Shown: piece after piece, positions 37,231 through 50,870 of the stretch
How positions within the stretch are numbered: position 1 is the stretch's first letter
Layout of the letters: each line of letters starts with the position of its first letter
From: Octopus sinensis
Lineage: Eukaryota
DNA length: 64,000 nt
Direction: 5' to 3'
Assembly: GCF_006345805.1 (NCBI RefSeq)
Contig: NC_043012.1
Coordinates: 42,036,001 to 42,100,000 of the forward strand
Notes under the pieces: model-generated
What the model was told of the DNA's origin: nothing
The model's database searches: none
Seen by the model: the letters and a program-made list of their open reading frames with translations, nothing else
Made by a program: the position numbers and the translations under genes

Positions 37231-37802
37231 ATATATATACATATATAAATATATCTGTTTGCATTTATGTTATAATAAAAACAGTTTTACATTTAATTGA
37301 AGAAATACTCAATTCATTTGGTAGAGGCCAAATTTAGTATTCTTCAGCGAGAATAGCATTGATAGTGACTGAACTTTTGGCTGGTGAAGTCATTATTTGA
37401 GTTGTACATTTGGCTTCAACTTGGCTTTATACACTCTCTCTCAAGTTAAAATTTTCTGGGTAACCCAGTCAGATGATGGTTTAGCTGGATGAAACTTCGA
37501 AGTCACAGTCAATACTAAGCTTGTTTAAGAATAATTATGTCCCACATGTCCCATCCATGCTAGCATGGAAAGCAGATGCTAAATGAGGATATAATTTATT
37601 ATGATGAACTTCTTTCAGTTTCTGTTTGCTTAATCCACTCAGAAGGCTTTGGTCAACCCAGGGCTATAGTAAGAGAGACTAGCCCAAGTGTCATGCAGTG
37701 GTATTGAACTCAGAACCAAACTTCTTAACCACACCACCATGCCTACCCCTATAGAAAGTTAGTCGATGAAACCAATGTGAAGTGAAGAAGCTATTGCCTT
37801 AC

Positions 37803-37881
37803 CGTTTCCTCAGCCAAGATTGATACATCTTGTTCCTTGGGAGGAACTTGAAGTGGTACAGGTCTATCTGTATTAAAAGAC
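37803..37881 (-). CDS. NDUFS4: NDUFS4 exon 2
   Basis: tatttcag/GTAAGG. The 79 nt encode (R)SFNTDRPVPLQVPPKEQDVSILAEET. Phases 2 and 0 fit both neighbours. Confidence 0.85.
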
Positions 37882-39365
37882 CTGAAATATAAGGAAAACA
37901 TTCATTTAATTCTCATGTCTGGCACCTGGAAAGACTAGATGTACCCTCATAAACAGTAAAGACACACCCCTAAACAGCTGGTACAATGCTTTAAGTCAGT
38001 GTGATTCCTGTTTTTGTCACAATTTAACCCTTTCGGTTATCCTTTATTGATTAGACCTTTGAGCAAAAGCATTCCAACCATGACCATCTCACTTTTTTGA
38101 ATGTACAATGAACTCAGGACTATATTAACTAATGCATTCTTGATAAAGATGTTAGGATGTACTTTGATGGAGGTTTGACTGCTACTTCTAGCAGATCAAA
38201 CCTGTTGCTTTGGTGAAATCAGTTCAGTTCAAAGCGGAAGCGATGAAGATTAGTGAAATGAGTCTTAGAACTAGAGATAAGCCCATAGCTTTTTTTTAGT
38301 TTTGTCCCAAATGCAATGTTAATTATTATTATAATTACTATTTTGTATTTAATTGATAATTGTAGACTGTAGTCAAACATTTATTTAACCATGTTGCCAT
38401 GGTGATGGTGGTTTCTAATATCCAACCCCCAAGAAGCTCACTATGCAACCATAAAGCCTTCAGTTCAGTCCCACAGCACACTACCGACCAATGAGCGAAT
38501 ATGGTAGACAGAAACTGTAGGGAAGCCCACACAGTTTACATGTCCATAAATATGTGTGTGTCTCCCTACAAGCAGTAAATTGCTGGCAACTCTCATAGAA
38601 ACGTTGAGATAATTTCAAGAAATGGAGAATTAATCACTCAAAGATCACTTACATGTTCAGTGAAAGTAAAAATGCCAGACAGGGGAGACAACTATGTATA
38701 TGTTTCTGCCTATCAGAATTCATCAGCATCATATGATATATCCAGATTTGTTAAATGAAGGTGTGCTTTTTTTTTTTTTTTTTTGGCTTTTTCACAGATA
38801 GAAAAAGAGTTACAAATGATAATTCTGGGCCAGATATGAGTTCCAAAATTATTTAAAAATACATAATTACTAGAGCTCCTCAGTCCAGGTCAGTCCTGAC
38901 TAAGCAACCTTACAAGGCATTCCAACCATGACCATTGCATATTTTTTGCATACCTAGAAGTACATTTGTTTAATGTGATTGCTCTGTTTAAGTTGGCCAA
39001 GTGTAATCTAAAGGAAATTTAGCTGCAATTTGTAGCTGATCAAGCAACAACACAGAGCTCCACGTCTGGTTTGCTGCTCAAGAACTGTAGCCAAATGACA
39101 GTGATACCAGACGGAAGAAAGACACAATAGAAAGCATCATCATTTTAGCATTCATTTCCCCATGATGGCATGAGTTGGATTGGAATATGATGATGTGCTA
39201 TATATAGTTTTGGATATAATGTAGAATTTGGGAGTCGGACTGTATTTCATATTTCAAGGAGAGAAGATTTTTTGTTTTGTTCTATTTTTAATGAACATCC
39301 TTGGTATACCATGGAAGTGGTATAACCCAGTGTGGGTAAGTGGGTGGGTAGATAGATAGATAGAT

Positions 39366-40722
39366 ATGTTTCTTTATTAGCCACACAGGGCTGCACACAG
39401 ACGGGGACAGATTACAAAGTAGAGCTTTTCTTTTTGGGGGAGAGAAAGAAAACAAAAAAATAAAAAAGGTGGGGTAGGTTTTCGATCAAAAGGGATCGTA
39501 AAAGGGAAAGAAGAAAGAAAAAAAAATGAAAGGAAAAGAAACAAAAGAAAAAAAAACGGAATCGTGTATCACAGTGTCATGATGTAAGGTGTAAAGGGGG
39601 AAGCAGATAAGGTTTATCCGTGGGAAGAAAGCCTACGGAAAAGACCACGGTAACCTCGGTCAATATTGTTACATGTTACCGCATTTATTTGCAAGTAGGT
39701 AGCCCTGTTTTAAATTTCCGGGTTCATAGGATTATGTTCAAGGTGGCTTCGTCATTCATACGTGCCATCCTTGCTACATTCACCCATCTTTTTTTAAAAC
39801 ATTCACTAGACAAAACTTGCCTCTCTACTCTCACTTTCCTTTTCAAGTGATACTTGAAGAAGTTGATGAGAGATTGACCAGAGAGGAAAGTGTTTGTCTC
39901 CAATCCTTTCAGACGTGTCCACCAGATACATTCTTTTGCCATAGCCACAAGGATGATGAAAATAGCTCTTCCTTCCCGTTTGAAGGAAGGAGGCATGACA
40001 ATATTGACAATAGACTCGGCTGATAAACCGACTCGTCCCACAGTGACAGCAGTTGTTCGACATAAGCCCACAGGTCGGACATTGTTAGACACTGCACAAG
40101 TGCGTGCAGAATGGTTTCGTCGCTCTGACCGCATCTCGGGCAGGTCAGCCCTGTGTTTCTCGAGCTGTGTCTGTAGAGCTTATCCCGAACGGGTAGTGCT
40201 TCTCGGTAGCACTGCCAGGCCAGGGATCTCTGGAAGTTGTCCATGGGCCCTGGCCTGAAAGTCGTCCTGAACAGGCTGGTCAGATATTCCTCATCGACGT
40301 CCAGGTTCGCCCCAAGCTCGTCGTCGTACCTCCCCTCCATTAATCCCCTATAGAATGCTTGGGTTGTGTTGAAGTCACTCAAGGTCGACCCGGGACGGCT
40401 TAGTTACTTCAGAGCAACGCGACACTCACGGTGCCATTCGCCCTTTCTCGACCTCTTTTTGATCCACGACTGCAGTTCGATCATGGTGACGAGTTGCGGG
40501 AAAGCGTGCCTCACAAACGGCGACCACACCTGTTCACCGTCGTCTACATAGAGCTTGAGATGTCGCAGTCTCAGCGTGTGTCTGCACATCATCAACCACG
40601 GCATACCCTGTCCTCCTTTTAACAGGTGTTGACAGCAAATGGATCGCCTGACCATCGGGACGCATCCTTTCCACAAGAAGCAAAAGAGAATGCGTTCTAG
40701 TTTGGTGATGGTAGGGTCGGGA
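39366..40722 (-). mobile_element. Tx1/L1-like retrotransposon, 5'-truncated copy 2
   Basis: Homologous to 56983-58370. Contains LFCFLWKG and CPRCGQSDETILHALVQC, a 3' UTR with AATAAA, then a (TATC)n tail. Confidence 0.9.
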
Positions 40723-41537
40723 TTCACGCCTGCAACGAGATTCTACTATTTCCATCTACTAAGTTCACAAGTTTTTGTTTCAAAAGAGTGATGAAATAAA
40801 AAATTAAAAATAGGGATTTTTGCGTCAGGTTCTACATTGAAACGAGATAGTGAAAACATTTGGTAGATCCGAGTATTAAAAAAAAAACCATTTTGACAGA
40901 ATAACCTAGTGTGACATCGTAAACAACATTTCTTCAACTGGACCGAAACACACTTTAAAATATGTTGCTTGCACATACCGCACACACACACACACACCTC
41001 ATATCCTTTATATATATAGAGAGGATGTGAGGTGTTTAGTTCACTGGTGATCTAAACGAATAGGTAGCTGAGTAAGTGCTATAGTTGGTCATCCATTAGG
41101 TTCCAAGTTCACAGCTGAGTCTGGAGCTCGGGATCCGCATTTTGCTTCCGTGTTAGCAGGTATACATTAAAGGAAAAGGACATAGAAAACCAAAGCTTTG
41201 TTTTGACGTCCTATCTTCTCTCTCTCTCTCTCTCTCTCTGTGTTGACAAAATTCAAAACAGAAAACAGGAATCATTACAAATGCAAATGTTCGTAGAGCA
41301 TAGCAATGAAAATACATGATCGGTAATGTGTGTTTGATTGTATGAAAGAATCGATAAGAAAAGCAAGTCAATAGTTGTAAAGGCGTCACTTTTGTGGTTA
41401 AAACATAAATAACAGAGTTTAACCTCAGTTTTGAAGGAAACATATAAACATGTCTAGCGAACATAACAATATATATATAGAGACAGACAGACAGACGGGA
41501 AAGAGGAGCTGCGAGAAAATGAAGCTAGAGACAATAC

Positions 41538-41596
41538 CTGGACGATAAACAGTTTATTAGTCTTCGACATCCAAGAATTCTCACAGAAGCAGCCAT
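41538..41596 (-). CDS. NDUFS4: NDUFS4 exon 1 (start codon, mitochondrial presequence)
   Basis: aaaATGGCT start and Arg/Ser/Leu-rich MAASVRILGCRRLINCLSS(R) with no acidic residues. The donor AG/GTATTG in phase 2 completes a 492-nt CDS (163 aa). Confidence 0.82.
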
Positions 41597-41989
41597 TTTG
41601 AAGGTTATAGTCAAGGTAGATAACTCTTGATAAAAGAAACGGTGATAGGTTTTAAAAGTCCCGCTTCTATTACACAATGTAACACATGTTTTGTTTATTT
41701 GTATTTTTTGATGTTCATATATGCATTTTTTGCCACTAAATTCAAAAATCACATTCATTTTGACGTAACATCGATAGTTATTTATTTATTCCTAATTTCA
41801 TATTTGCTCGTTATATTTGTAACTTTTCTCTACAGCACTTTGTTGGTTCAATCTACTCTAGTATTGTAAGGATAATTACACAACATTTAGTACTTTTTCA
41901 TTTATTGAAAAGTATTTAGGAAGTATAATATTAGTTAGAACAAAAAGAAACAATAAAACTCTGCACTGTAAATGCCTTGATAACTCTTT

Positions 41990-42775
41990 TCTTAAGATGA
42001 GAAGTGCTTTGACGATCAAGATTTTCTGGAGTGTATACCTTCATCTCTTCTGACAAGAGACCATATATAATCTCCCATCATAGCAGTATCCCATCGTCCT
42101 TGGTATCTTCTTTCCATGGTTGCGACGTCCTGATGAAATCTCTCACCATGATCCTCACTTCATGGCGTTTCCAGTACACAGATGTCTTGCAGTCTTCCCC
42201 CAGTAGATTCCATTCCTTCAACCTTCGTGAAAGAAGTTCAGCTCCTGACTTAGTAAGATCTAGATCCCTGATTAAATCATCTAGCTCACTCTGATTTGGA
42301 AAGTGAGGCTCTGAAGTCGTTCATGGTATGAAAGCTTCCTCCATTTCTTGGCTGCTGCTACTTGTTGACTCTGCAGATGAAATATTTTCTGGTGGTAGTG
42401 ATACTCGTAAACTGTCATCTTGTGGGACAGGTGCTCTAGATGATGGTATGTCTGGATACTGAAGAGCTTGTCTTCCTTTCACTTTTCTGTACTTTGTCAC
42501 ATTGATCATAAAAAAGTAACAGTCACCGTGATGGTTCTTTGGATCTCTCTATACCCTTGGAATGGCAAAAGGCATTGACCTTCCTGTACCTCTTAACCAT
42601 CATTCTAGAGTAGACAGACAGCTTCCACATATCATCTGAAATAGTCTGTACGCTATCCACAATTTGGCACCTTTTACTATCTTATGTAATACCTGCTTTT
42701 TTAATGTATCTGGAGAATTTTTACATACTTTAGTAGCCATCCTGAATGTAGCAGAACTTAGTAATTGGTCTGAAA
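41990..42775 (-). mobile_element. Degenerate Chapaev3-like (CMC) transposase fragment
   Basis: MPFAIP..(W)RxPKNHHGDCYF, QYPDIPSSRAPVP and NQSELDDLIRDLDLTKSGAELLSRRLKEWNLL motifs, with stops and frameshifts. The family assignment is from memory of these motifs. Confidence 0.62.
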
Positions 42776-43624
42776 GAGAAAATTAAACATAAATTTAGTA
42801 GCGGAACATTATAACAATACCGAATAGATAATAATATTGAAAGTCGACATATTTTTTTTAATGTTGATGATATACAAAAATAATTTCATTTTTGGAATCA
42901 GCAGAAAAACTGAATTGATAAACAATAAAAAAAATACAATAAACAATTTTTTTTTTTTTTTTGAAAATTGCTACATTGTGTTATTAGTGCTCAGAAATAG
43001 TTGTCTCTCTGCCACCTATCTCCTTTCCAGCACATGGACAAAAGTAAAGCTTCTAAGTTGGCAAATCACCTCATACAATCAAGTAGAAAATCGTAGAAAA
43101 TCGTAGAAAAACCCTTACCATGTGTTAGTGGATCAAAAAAAAAAGATGTAAGTTATGCGTAGCAGAAAGATTGTATACCCTTTTTAGATCTGAGAATTCC
43201 ATCGCACTGTTGAATTCCTGATAAGAAAATTTCAATTTTCAGTATATGCAATTATATGGACAAGATTGTTTTTGAGAATAGGGGAACACCTCCCACTTCG
43301 AATTATCTCAGACTTTAGACCTCTTCCGTTGATTTTACACTATCCTCGGTCATAACTCGACTTCTTTTTTTCTTTATTCCTTTCCTTCACCGTCTTTTTC
43401 ATCTTTCCACTTTTCGCATCATCCTTCATCTCTTTTTTTTTTCCCTCATCATTTCTCTTATACTATTGTGCTGATTTGTAACTTGTATAGGCCATGTGAC
43501 CAGAGCCCGGAGATTGCATGGAGACACTTGGCGTGTTTTAAAACATGCCTAGATAATATCTTCAATATATGGAACTATCATTAGCTCCTAACGATATATT
43601 GAGTACACACACACACATACTCTT

Positions 43625-44100
43625 TTGCTTGATTCTGTCATCTGACTGCGGCCATGCTGGAGCACCGCCTTTAGTCGAACAAATCGACCACAGGACTTAT
43701 TCTTTGAAAGCCTAGTATTCTATCGGTTCTTTTGCCGAACCGCTAAATTACAGGGATGTAAATACCAACATTGGTTGTCAAGCAATGGTGGGGTGGGGAC
43801 AAACACATACACACAAATCATACATACATACATACATACATACATACATACATACATACATACATACATGCATACATGCATGCATGCATGCATGCATACA
43901 TACATACATACATACATACATACATACATACAAACATACGACGGGCTTCTTTCAGTTTCCGTATACTAAATTCATTCACACGGCTTTGGTTGGCCCGAGG
44001 CTATAGTAGAAGACACTTGCCCAAGGTGCCACACACCTGGATTGAACCTGGAACCATGTGGTTGGGGGACAAGCTTCTTACCACACAGACACTCCTGCAC
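43625..44100 (-). mobile_element. Composite SINE (head A + (CATA)n + tail C)
   Basis: Head at 43940-44100 and tail at 43625-43800, the reverse complement of the 16793-17275 layout. Confidence 0.8.
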
Positions 44101-44389
44101 CAATGTAAATATATATATTTTCTTTTATTCTTTGATTTGCTTCAGTAGTTTAACGGCGGTCGGGCTGGAGCACCGCCATTAAGGGTTTTAGTCAAACAAA
44201 TTGACTACAAGACTTATTTTTTAAGGATAGGACTTATTCTCTCGGTTCTTTTGCCGAACCGTTGTGTTACAGGGACATAAACACACCAACACCGGTCGTC
44301 GAGTGGTGATGCGGAAGACAAAGAGAAACGCGAAGACACACACAGACACACACACACATATGCGGGCTTTAGGTTAGTTAAAATATCTT

Positions 44390-45180
44390 TGTGCCATATT
44401 TCAACAACCAAACAAACGTCATTAGCTCTTTTTTTTTTTGGTGAATATTCTTTTTTGGATTGTGCTTTGGCACTTCGTCTGCATCCAACACCGTACAGAA
44501 TGCTTGCTATTGCTGAAAAGAGTCCAGTTTTCATCACATGTAACAATACGATGCAAAAATGATTCGCTTTTATGCCATGACAGCAAAGAACAGCAAGTTT
44601 CAAGATGACGTGTCATTTGATGCTCGTTCAGTTCGTGTGGTACCCACTTCTGCAGCTTGCTGATTTGTTTCAGATCGTCCGATATTGTTGGAATCATGAC
44701 ATCAAACCTTGCTGCTAACTAACGCGTAGCTTCAGATTGTTCCGCTTCCACTACAGTTTCTAGCTCATCATTATCCACCTTGGTCTCAGGTCTACCACGG
44801 GGCTGATTTTCAAGACTAAAGTCACCAGATCAGAACTTCCCAAATCCCCGACGTGCAGTGCACTCATTCGCCACATCTTCACCAAACAACTCTTTGATGT
44901 TTCGAGCTGTCTGAGATGCATTGGTTCCGCGACGGAACTCATATTCATAACCAATACGAATTTTCTATCTATCCATGGGTTCACAAAAATTGATTGACAA
45001 AAGAAAACTCATAATATAATCAGACACCATCAAACACTGAATTGCATTTCGAAAGGTGATGATGTAACTCTCCAAGGTTGTAAAACAAAGAATTGTCAAG
45101 ATAAAACACTAGAGTTTAACGACTGTCAAATTTGGTGTATAAGAAAATCGGACATTTCATCCTTAATGACCTGATAATAT
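44390..45180 (-). mobile_element. Degenerate mariner, 5' half
   Basis: YEFRRGTNASQTARNI, ENQPRGRP, WVPHELNEHQ and RIVTCDENW motifs, with a mariner-like end near 45175. Confidence 0.85.
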
Positions 45181-46139
45181 AGTCACAGAACCTGTTTTTT
45201 TGCGGGTGGTGGGGGCCAGTCGATTATATTAATGTTAGTACAAGACTGGCACTTTATCGATCCCGAAGTGATATAAAAATCAAAGTTGACCTCGGCGGGG
45301 TTTGAACCTAGAATGTAAAGCGACCAAACAAAGACCCTTCAGTTATTTATTTCCAACTCTTCAATTAGTCTGCCAATCCTTCGCCCTCGAAAGAATTTCT
45401 TACACAAAGCAAGAAATTGGACGAGGAGAAAACATAGTCAGTCCTGTCAGCGCCAGTTCTTTATTACTTCATCGACCTCGCAATGTTGCGAAGTAGAGTT
45501 GACCCCGGCGGGATTTGAACTCAAATTATGTATTGGCATAGTCAAGCAGAGTTCGAGGTGATGAGTTGGATCAAATATCTCTCTCACAGTATATGACCAG
45601 TATTTCTTTCTAATCAATGTGCACCTCTGTGACCGCTCAGCACTTCTGTGACCGCTCAGATAAACTTCACCCAAGTCGCACCCTATCGTTGTAAAAAAGG
45701 TAGAACATAAAACGCAGCTGGAAATACTTTTATCAGCCCAGGAATACTGAAACGGATGGACGGCCTCGCTGCCATTCGAGTTGAAATTATAATGCACGAG
45801 TATGAAGTGCCGGTCAAGTACCGGACCCGGTTTATTAGAGTAAAACCCTGTCAAAACTGCTTATTCTTTTCTTGACCACTGTGTTTTCGTTGTCTTTTTT
45901 CTTTTTTATAGAAATAAGCCATTTTCTCAGATAATCCTCTGATTCTATCATGTAACATCGTTTGGGATTCTTTGAATAGTTTACAACGAAAATGTTGTTG
46001 TTGTTGTTGCTCTTCTCGCTGACCACTCTGCTGCTGCTGTGGTTGTTATTGTTGCCGTTGATTAAGATGATGGCCTAAGACTAAACGTGTTCTAGTTACA
46101 ACACAATAATGTTAAAGCAATATCATAGCAGTGCTAATC

Positions 46140-46570
46140 TTTTCTACTCGAGGCACAAAGCCCGAAATTTTGGGGGAGGGGGCCAGGCGATTAGATCAAC
46201 CCCAGTACGCAAGTGGTACTTAATTTATCAACCCCAAAAGGATTAAAGGCAAAGTCGGCCTCGGCAGAATTTGAACTCAGAATGTAAAGACAGACGAAAT
46301 ACCGCTATGCATTTCACCCGGCTTGCTACCGTTTCTGCCAGCTCGCTGCTTTGAATATTCTTTCCTACTCTAGGCACAAGGCCCGAAATTTTGGGGAAGG
46401 GACTAGTCGATTACATAGACCCCAGTATGCAACTGGTACTTATTTCATCGACCCCGAAAGGATGAAAGGCAAAGTCGACCTCGGCAGAATTTAAACTCAA
46501 AACGTAGCGGTAGACGAAATAACGCTAAGCATTTCGCCCGGCGTGCTAACGATTCTGCCAGCTCGCCGCC
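46140..46570 (-). mobile_element. Two head-to-tail SINE B copies
   Basis: 46140-46330 and 46350-46570 are each the reverse complement of the family B layout. Confidence 0.8.
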
Positions 46571-48914
46571 TATCATGGCAGTGCTAACGTTAGAGTAATG
46601 CAACAGGGTAGTGTTACAGTGATGTCCCAGTGTTTACCGGTATAAATTGGTGTCGAATTGTGTCACATTACGCAAAAAAAAGTAAGAAAAAGTAACAAAA
46701 TAATACATAATTAAATGTTGACTTATTCGATGAATAAATATCAATAAAATTAAGAACCGGACTGAAATAACTAATGGTGTCGATATAACCGACTAAATTA
46801 ATTTCAAAGCAATGCCCCAGCATGACCGTAGTCCAAAGACTGGAACTGAAAAGAAATGAAAGGCGAGCAAATTCCACTACATTCTTTGGTAGTTATTTTG
46901 CTACTGTGATAGAGTACCAATAATTGACTTGGGTAATTCAAATAAGTGTGACTCTGTCTCTCTTCTATTCTTGTAAATATTGGCCTCGCCAAAGCAATAA
47001 TGTTTGGCAAGTTTTCTAAAAAGAATAAGATAAAAAACTAGCATATCAGGGGAAATAAACTCGGTAGGATATCTTTTAAAGTTATTCCCCTTGAATAAGC
47101 AATTTTGACAGATGACTTTCGACTGGAACTTCATACAGGTGCTTTATTTCATCGATCCAGAAAAGGTGAAAGGAAACGCTGGCCTTGGCGGGCATTGAAC
47201 TCAAACTCTAAAATTTTTCGCCTTTCTAACAATTCTGGTGAGCCAGCGCGCTTTCCCTAAAAATTAATGAAAATATAAAATATAGAATATTTTTTGCAGG
47301 GACAATATTTTGAGAAATTTTTATTTATTTGTTTTTCTTTCTTTTTTACTTGCTGAATCTGGAGGAAGGGACATGCACATGACATTCGCTGCCCACCACC
47401 CCCACCCCGTCCCCTACACTAATGAGAGTGATTCCCATTAATGTTTGTCTTGCATTTTTGTAAATCAGTTCTTGTGGGGGAAAACAAACTGAAAGAAATT
47501 CAAAAGGGAACTGATGTTCTTGGAAGTAAGGATTGGACATAAAGAGGGATTCGGTAATACATGGCGATTGCTCCATCTTCACAGATGATTGTTACCTTGT
47601 GCTTCCTCGTTGTCGAGGGCATTTCTGATTTTCCACCCATGACCTCAAACATAACTATTCTGTTCTGCTGCAGGTCTGCATGGTTTGAAGCACGAGACAG
47701 GTGAAACTTGTAATTTACTGTACATTCCCAACTGGTTCGATCTGCCCACATCCCTACGCTTCCATTACTATGGAACTTTCGGCAGATGGAATGACAAATG
47801 AGGTCACCATAAACAGACATCTCTACCTCATTGCATTATAGTGATAAAGATTTGTACAACACGACTGCCAATCTCTGGGTCTCTGTCATTCGTACCTAGC
47901 GACAACCCGAAGCGCGGTGAACAGTAATCACATGACACTGCAGATTTTTATATCAAAGGGTCCTTTTCCTAGAAGGATGCTGTGACAATAGATGCGGTTC
48001 CTCACTCTCGGTCGTTTAACTGAACGTCCTGTCACCAACCAAGGGTGTTTCTACGTCCCTGCGCTCTAATGAATTGTCTTCACATACGCTATTGCTAGGA
48101 CCTTGACCGATGCTGCTACTATGATCAGAGTAAATCTGGGAGCACGAATGGGTACTAGAATGGTTCCACACTCATAAAAAAACCCTGAACACCCGAAATA
48201 AGGCCCGGCGTCCGGATGCAATTTAAAGGCATACACAGTCCATATATGCATGCATGTATGGATCCACCCAGCCATTGCAATAGAGAAGCTGGGGTTTATA
48301 AGAGGGATGAGAAAAGGAAGAGGAGAGGAAAGTGAAATGAGGCGAAGTGGAGAGGCATGAGAATTTGTGGGGTGGGGGATAGGAGGGTTGGTCTGAAGAG
48401 GCGGGATTTCAATATAATAAGAGAATAATGAAAGAAGAGGGTGTGAAGAGAAAGAGAGAGAATGAATAAGAAAAGAAGAGAAAAGAAAGAAGATTAAGGG
48501 AGAAGAAGGAACGAATGGTAAGAGAGAGAGAGATGGGGAGAGAGAGAGAAATGAAGGGAAGAGAAGAGCAAATCAAACAAAAAGGGAGAAACAGAGAGAG
48601 AGGGGGAGGAGGAGGAGAAAGACGAAATACTCTTTGCTTGAATCTCTATAAAATGTTTTAGTCGAGTGATTATGACGTCACGGTCTAATTAATATAAAGT
48701 AAAGTTAGTTAGGCAACAATTACTATGCATTCATTGCGTTCGTATGTAGATGTGTAAATGTGTACGTATACATATGTCCGTAAAGGTTAAATAGGTATTT
48801 ATGTGGATGCATCTCTCTCTCTTTCTCTCTCTTTGTCGCTCTCTCCCATTCTCTCTCTCTCTCCATATACATACATACATACATACATACATACATACAT
48901 ACATACATACATAC

Positions 48915-48945
<31 letters not shown>

Positions 48946-49022
48946 GTATATATGTATATATGTATATAATTAATCAAATGCAACCTTTGAGAATAAGGTG
49001 AACTGGATTTCAGATAAGTGCA

Positions 49023-49753
49023 CTTAATATGAGAAATGTCTAAAACCTTAAAGGTATTTAGAGATTCAATTATTATATTTTAGAAAGTAAAAGCAGGAAA
49101 AATTACATCATAAAAATCACAGAAGATATACGTTCATAATGTAAATAATATTGTATTAATAAATGAATATATAAAATATAACTATGATTATTTAAAATGG
49201 TTTGAGGTATCTTACAATCATTTCATGAATGTATTAACTTTCGAAATGAAATCCAAGATTGATAATTATTATTAGGTAGTACATCCACTCGTCAGGGAAA
49301 AGAATGAATTTCCGTGAAGTCAATCGAATGATAGAGACGCTCATAATTACTTTTCTCTTCAGTATGTAAACCATATTGAGTAAAAAAATTTGCGAGAAAA
49401 GCTTGTTGTTGAATACACGCTAGAAATGTTTGAACCTAGAAAAGAACAACGGGTGGGGGACTACATCACATATGCCGGTAGGAGTTAACGGAGAATGTTC
49501 AAACTGAACGAGGAGTTAACGTCAGGCATGTTCAAGTGCCTGATATTTACTCAGGGACTAACTGCAGAAAAAGACGCAGAAGTAAGAACAAGAATTCTCG
49601 CTAAGCTGGAACAAAACCAAGCTGCAACCTTACAAGTATCAGAAGAGTGTGAAAGAATATGATGTGATTTTTCCCGCTTTTACTTTCTAATATATAATCG
49701 CTCTAATTGAATCTCTAAATACCTTTAAGGTTTTAGACATTTCTCATATTAAG
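49023..49753. repeat. Perfect 50-bp inverted repeat pair (49023-49072 / 49704-49753)
   Basis: cttaatatgagaaatgtctaaaaccttaaaggtatttagagattcaatta and its exact reverse complement. Confidence 0.95.
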
Positions 49754-50870
49754 GCACGACACAGAGAAAATTGAACATAACGATTGCTCCCAAGTGAAAC
49801 AAATGCGTCGGAAATTACAAAACAGGCAAAATAGAAATCAAATGTATACTAAAATACAGTACAAACAGAACAAAAGTCCGGAAACAAACCCATGTTTTGC
49901 TTGTGGAGATCTACACCTGAAAAAAAAAACTGCCCATTAAAAAAATGAAATGCTTCCGTTGTGAAAAAATTGGACACATAAAAGCGCACTGTAAAACCAA
50001 GATGACAAAACGTTGGAACAAAGAAAATAGAATGAACAAGATGTCGTCGAAAGAAAATAGTAAGGTGACACAAAAGAAAATTCGTAAATGCGAAAATTGA
50101 ACATATGTGAATGAAGAAGCATGTGAGTAAGCCAATATTAAGTAAATCTACAAATGTAGCAGACGGTGTTACGGGTAAAAGGTTGTATTTTGTGGGTGAA
50201 TTTATGAGTAATGTGACATTTCATGACCAAATGGAAACGGCAAAAGTATATTTGTTGAAAGATTCAGGAAATTTGTTCGGCACAGAGTGGATGGAACTGT
50301 TCAAATTGTCGATTCAATTGAAGGTTCGAATGCGGCTAAGAAAGTGAAACGAAAAATAAAACATTTATTCCCAGATGTTTTCTCAGATGAACTGGGCTAC
50401 TGCACGAAAACAAGGGCAAAAATTGTAATAAAACAAAGTGCAACACCTGTATTTAAGCCAAAACGTAATGTACTGTTTGCGGCGCGAGAACAGGTACGTA
50501 AGGAATTTGAAAAACTTGAAAGCCTCGGAATAATCGAGAAGACGGACCACTGAGATTGGGCAACTACGTAAAAAAACAGAAATAATAATTTACGAGTTTG
50601 TACAGATTTTTCAACGGGTTTAAACGATTGCTTAAGCTCACATAACTACCCATTGCCGAGTCCAGAGGAAACGTTCGCAAAATCGAATGGAGGGAAATTC
50701 TCCGCAAAATTAGACTTCCCGGAGATATACTTACAAATCCAAATAGAAGAATGCTCACACTTACTAATCATTGATATACACCCTGCCTTATTTAAATTTA
50801 AGCAGCTTCCTTTCAGTGTAAAAGTGACTCCTTCCATATTTCAACAATGGATGATATACGAGCGGACTGT
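49370..50870 (+). mobile_element. Decayed Ty3/Gypsy LTR retrotransposon (gag-pro-RT remnant)
   Basis: DAEVRTRILAKLEQN, knuckle CFRCEKIGHIKAHC, LFGTEWMELF, PVFKPKRNV, YPLPSPEETFAK and LPFSVKVTPSIFQ motifs, with many stops. No LTRs found. Confidence 0.85.

Noticed and set aside
48669-48682. Perfect CRE palindrome TGACGTCA after a purine-rich tract (another at ~12263)
   Set aside because: A single 8-mer with no demonstrated nearby TSS, and about one or two are expected by chance in 64 kb.
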